12,084 bases of DNA from Amoebophrya sp. A120. Taxonomy: Eukaryota > Protista > Dinoflagellata. The stretch is taken from the NCBI GenBank assembly GCA_905178155.1, contig CAJINV010000009.1, positions 3,621,956 through 3,634,039 on the forward strand, written 5' to 3'. The first letter of the stretch is position 1, and every line of letters starts with the position of its first letter. The notes beneath the pieces were generated by a model. It was not told the DNA's origin. It did not search any database and saw only the letters and a list, made by a program, of their open reading frames with translations. Below are positions 8,127-12,084 of the stretch, in pieces. The translations under genes and the position numbers were made by a program.

Positions 8127-9761
8127 ATGTTGGCTGCTCTCGCGAAGAATCCAGTGGTGGAAGTGATGGCAGGGACCTCGAGTCTGCCGTACGTGTGGGA
8201 GGTGATGACCTTTTTGTTCCTGGCCCAGGTAGCCGAGACCGTGGTGCTGCTCTCGGAAGCAACCACTTTGGTGGGAAAGGCCGCCGACCTGCTCCGGATT
8301 GCCGTTAGGGCTTTTGGAGGTAATGAAGAAGCATTGCAGTTTTGCATGCGAATTACAATTATTTATGCGAAGATGCGTACAACAAAGTAAAAGTTCTTCC
8401 CCTACACGTACAAATTGTTAATCACAAACCCACCCACTTCGAGCATGCCACTTGTTATGCTGAGTGGGGTACTAGCTTGCCGAAAGTATTTTTCAAATGC
8501 AGATGAATGCGTTCCGGTTCACGTTGTAATTAGGCACCAAAAAAATTCCAATCCTCTAAAAAAAATGAAAACTATCAGGTGTGCACATTGTGTTGCCGTT
8601 CATTCTGGGTTCCTTCCCATCTGTCCTGCTGAACGAGCTCGACCGGTATGCGGGTATCTTCGTGGCCGTGGTTGTCATCTTCGTGTTGCTCGGCAGCTAT
8701 GTCCCAGACAGGGTCATGAACGCACTCAACTACCCGAAACAGCTGGGCTACGCAATCTTCGTCTCCAACATCTGCGTCAGCGGAACCATGCAAGGTTTTT
8801 TTTGGTGTTTTGCTTGGGTGGAGCTAGAAGGAGAAGGACAATAGAATTGAGCGGTCGTTCCGCTGTCATGTTGTTCTGTACGACGTAGTGGACAACAAGT
8901 CAAGGGCAACCCACTATATTACGTTTAGCTCTTCAAGAACCAGTCCTTTTGCTATGGCAACGAAATTGCATATGCTAAAACTTCTACACAAACGACAGGT
9001 ATGGCCGCCTTCCCAGATAGCGAGTGCGCGCCAGTTTTGTTGGGCTTCTTGGCCGTGTGCGGTGGGTACCTGCTGGAGATGGGCGTGACCGCGAAATTAT
9101 GAAATGCAAAAATGTCTGGGTCTGGAAGGTCGCAGATTTTTGTCATGTTGTTCTTGCATGACACGGAAGGTCTGGCATGGACGCCCTAGCATCACAGGTT
9201 TAGAGAAGGTTACGCAATGCCTAATCCGCATGACAACTCCTCTATTCCGATGACAGAGAATGGGTAACTTTTGCTGCCTAAGCATGAGAGATTTCTGCGC
9301 GTTGTGAAATGCGCATTACAAGTTCGAATCTTTCCAGACCCAGACATATTTGCAATGCATACAAATTCTTCAAGAAGGACTATTCCTCCGACCAGTTGTT
9401 GGCACTCTTCGGCCCGGTCCTCTTCATGCAGCTGACGACGTACTTTATATTTTCTTTATTTTGCTCGTGGTCCTCTAGAAGGAAAGTAGCATAATTTTTG
9501 CATTCACTATAGTGCTACTGCTACAACAATTTTAATGAAAGTGGAAATCTGTATTGCACAGCTGGTAAAAGTAAAAGATGTTTTCCCAAAAACAAAACCA
9601 GCAACTCTCGTCTCCTGCTCGCCGAGCCGCTCGCGCGCGCGATGGTGTTCGTGTTCCGTCTGTCCTGTGAAGTCATTGACTACAATGAAATCCTGGCGTA
9701 CGTGAATTACCTGCGCATCAAGGTCCTGCAGAAGGTCGCAACCGCGATCGGCTATCCGTAA
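8127..9761 (+). CDS. Five-exon polytopic membrane protein, 246 aa, TRIC/TMEM38-like (trimeric intracellular cation channel family, tentative)
   Basis: Exons 8127-8319, 8579-8794, 8999-9093, 9363-9439, 9602-9761 total 741 nt and read open to TAA. GT-AG introns at 8320-8578, 8795-8998 and 9440-9601 have matching phases; intron 3 is the TIR element. Several hydrophobic helices and two glycine-kink motifs (RAFGGVHIVLPFILGSFP; FLAVCGGYLL) recall the two repeats of the TRIC fold. C-terminus ...ARAMVFVFRLSCEVIDYNEILAYVNYLRIKVLQKVATAIGYP*. The gene model is strong; the family call rests on motif resemblance only. Confidence 0.8.
9098..9361. mobile_element. MITE-like TIR element of the same family, probable introner (intron 3 of the membrane-protein gene)
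   Basis: Left TIR 9098-9128 TATGAAATGCAAAAATGTCTGGGTCTGGAAG vs reverse complement of 9331-9361 TATGCATTGCAAATATGTCTGGGTCTGGAAA (27/31). Flanks are GAAAT (9093-9097) and CAAAT (9362-9366). Removing 269 nt joins ...LEMGVTAK to FFKKDYSSDQ... in frame; unspliced reading hits TGA at 9100-9102. Confidence 0.87.
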
Positions 9762-11865
9762 TTTTGCGGCGGCTCTGCAGTTTGACGGATGTTTACGATA
9801 TCGGGACGAGGAGTAACACGAAAAGCAGACTCCTATTCGGGCGGAATAGCCAGCGAGTCAACACGACGACCTACGGAGGTAGGAGATGAAAAGGTTTACG
9901 AAAAAAAGAAAAACAATTTTGAGATTTTACAGTATTAACAGTATGGCTTTCTATTTGATAGTAGAGATTACAACTAAAGCTAAACACACACACTACGTAC
10001 GAGAGCAGGTACGTAAATAAACAGCATTTATTTTACGAGATTACAGCAATAGCAAAAACCTACGGTAGGACTTCCTTTAAACTGACTTTAACAAAATTAC
10101 CTTGAAATTTTATCACGTATGTATGAATTTTAGCAAAGTTACAACAGCACTGCGGCTTGACCCGACGGAGCATGAGCAAGCGCAATCAAGTTTCTTTCTT
10201 AACCTTTAAATTGCAACAAAAATCAGCACCAATTTCTCAACCACCTTTTATTGTAATCAGACAAGCAAATTTCCAAGCAAAACCTAGAGTTCTGTATGTT
10301 AATGCCGTTCAGAGAAAATGCACAAAGTTTTACCCGCAGAGACCTTTATTTGGCAGTTTCGCACGACGAAAAGAAAAAATGGCGGCTTCTCCGGAAGCTG
10401 CATCTACCCTAGAAGACCAAATTCTACCCTAGGAATGCATTGTACACTATTCGCTTGATAAGTAACCCACGGTAAGTAGCCCTACCACGGCGCAGCACTC
10501 GAAAATGGGAAATGCAGGACCTGTACGAGCAATATCAGAGCAAACGCAGAACGTAGTGCTGGCAGTGTGTCCGTCTCCGCAGGGTGGAAGTTACTAGAGC
10601 AGTAAAATGTTGTTTTTTTCAAAACAATGATGTACGAATGGAGAAATGCGCACCAGCTTGCTTTACGGCAACCGCGTCTAGAAAACTTACGAGACGATAC
10701 GCCCACGACGACAAGTAGAAGAAACTCACATTTGCTTCGTAGCGGCCCTTGTTTCCCCTGGTTCGAGAAAAAAATACGACTTTGCGTCTGTCACTGCGCC
10801 GACGGTTGTGGCGTGACTGATGAGGTGGATGACGGTCTTCATTCGTCGTCGTACCTGCTACTACTGCTTTTTTCTGTTCTGATTTTTCTTAAAGTTGGCC
10901 AACTTTACCAGTGGGTTGTCACTGTCAGTGTGATGTCGTCGAGGGGTCGCATTGTGTGTCGACCAAGTGAGCGTGCGTAAGTATTGATTTCGGAAAGCTT
11001 GTGTGTGTCGCAATGGCGAAGCAGGGCATGATCTCGAGCAGTCCGAGGGCATTATACCACAAGTAGGAGTGCAGTGACGTCGAGAGGAGACAAGTTGATT
11101 AGAGCATTATAACTAAGTGTAGGTTGATAGATTCAACAGACTGACTCTCAACACTCCTTCGCTATCGCTGCGACCCTTCGTAAAATTACCTGGTCGCTGG
11201 ACCAGCGTCAAGAATTCTCCTCGTAGTTACGTATCGATATACCAGTCGAGGAAAGAACACTCGCAAAGCTCCACGTGCGACGTCCACACACCGCCAACTA
11301 GAAAAAAAAATGACCGCCGGTACATCCTCCCAGCATCACCGCAATGCCGCTTCGGAGATGGAGGCGGTGCTCCACTACTCCGCTTTGCACGATGCCTGCA
11401 GTTCTTCAAAAGCAACCAGCAGCTCCTCCTCCCGAGGAACCAGGCCCGATAATGGACAGTCGTCCTGCGCCCCGCGGTCACATCTGCACTGCCCGGATTT
11501 CAAACAGTACGATTTTTGTCTTTGTTGAATTGTAAACGAGAAGGTTGACTGGGGGGAGGTAAAGAAAAACGCACTAGCACCGTGATTGGGGCAAAACCAC
11601 TTGTGTAACAAGTGGTGCAGTAGCACCGTGATTCAGCTATTTCATGCGCGCCATTTCAGGTGGTTGCGGGAACGCAACCCCGATGGTTTGCTGGGTTCCC
11701 GGGCTGTCGTTTTTGTGCAACGTCAAAATCTTGCCAGAAACCACAAGCGCAACCCTTCCCCCGATGGTACGGGCTCGCTTAAGAGGCCGGCGCCGGATTT
11801 GACCGAGTCGGCCACACCGGACGAATCACCGAAATCCGCGGATTTGGGTGTTCTCGGCGTTCGCG

Positions 11866-12084
11866 TGTTCGCGCGTGCCCTTTTTGACGGCTAATCCGCC
11901 TGCTACGGCGCCGCGAACAGAGCGCGAACACAGTGTTCGCGCTCTGTTCGCGCGTACCCTTTTTGGCGGCTAATCCGCCTGCTACGGCCTCCGCGAACAG
12001 AGCGCGAACACAGTGTCCGCGCTCTGTTCGCGCGTGCCCGCTTTTGGCGGCTAATCCGCATGCTACGGCCTCCGCGAACAGAGC
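11866..12084. repeat. GC-rich tandem repeat, 79-81-bp unit, ~2.7 copies visible, containing a 41-nt palindrome
   Basis: Unit starts TGTTCGCGCGT at 11866, 11945 and 12025. CGCGAACAGAGCGCGAACAC-A-GTGTTCGCGCTCTGTTCGCG at 11912-11952 has perfect 20-bp arms. Continues past the window end. Confidence 0.95.

Noticed and set aside
9865-10075. Recurring GAGATTACA and CCTACG..GTAGG words downstream of the membrane-protein gene
   Set aside because: Too short and degenerate to separate from AT-rich UTR noise.
10403-10432. TCTACCCTAG direct repeat with a 10-nt spacer
   Set aside because: A single short local duplication with no associated structure.
10379-11535. Further gene(s) starting at ATG 10379 or 11310
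   Set aside because: A-rich start contexts and GC-rich patches are present, but I found no consistent exon chain or recognisable product.
11866-12084. CRISPR array
   Set aside because: The sequence between palindromes is also repeated, so there are no unique spacers; eukaryotic context and no cas genes.
1-12084. Dinoflagellate spliced-leader relic, tRNA, rRNA or transposase gene
   Set aside because: No match to CCGTAGCCATTTTGGCTCAAG, no cloverleaf or rRNA signature, and no transposase-like ORF seen by eye, so the host taxon is not established.

Overview
This is eukaryotic DNA with short introns, most consistent with a protist genome, so most of the supplied ORFs are exon fragments or noise. 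It holds (1) a near-identical direct duplication of at least 2.2 kb (1-2199 vs 5232-7381) carrying a small cysteine-rich membrane-protein gene built from two homologous 'WQGCD...CWxPxPxQKIW' modules; (2) a 5-exon, 246-aa polytopic membrane-protein gene (8127-9761) resembling TRIC/TMEM38-type channels; and (3) a GC-rich, hairpin-dense right end finishing in a ~80-bp palindromic tandem repeat. The main discovery is a MITE-like family with ~31-bp terminal inverted repeats (core ATGTCTGGGTCTGGAA) and 4-5-bp direct repeats. It sits inside the coding sequence of both unrelated genes (5000-5300, 9098-9361, partial copy 1-69). In both complete cases, removing the element plus one direct repeat restores the reading frame, but no register gives GT-AG ends. 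These look like transposon-derived non-canonical introns (introners). All splicing and family calls are inferred by eye and have no transcript or database support.
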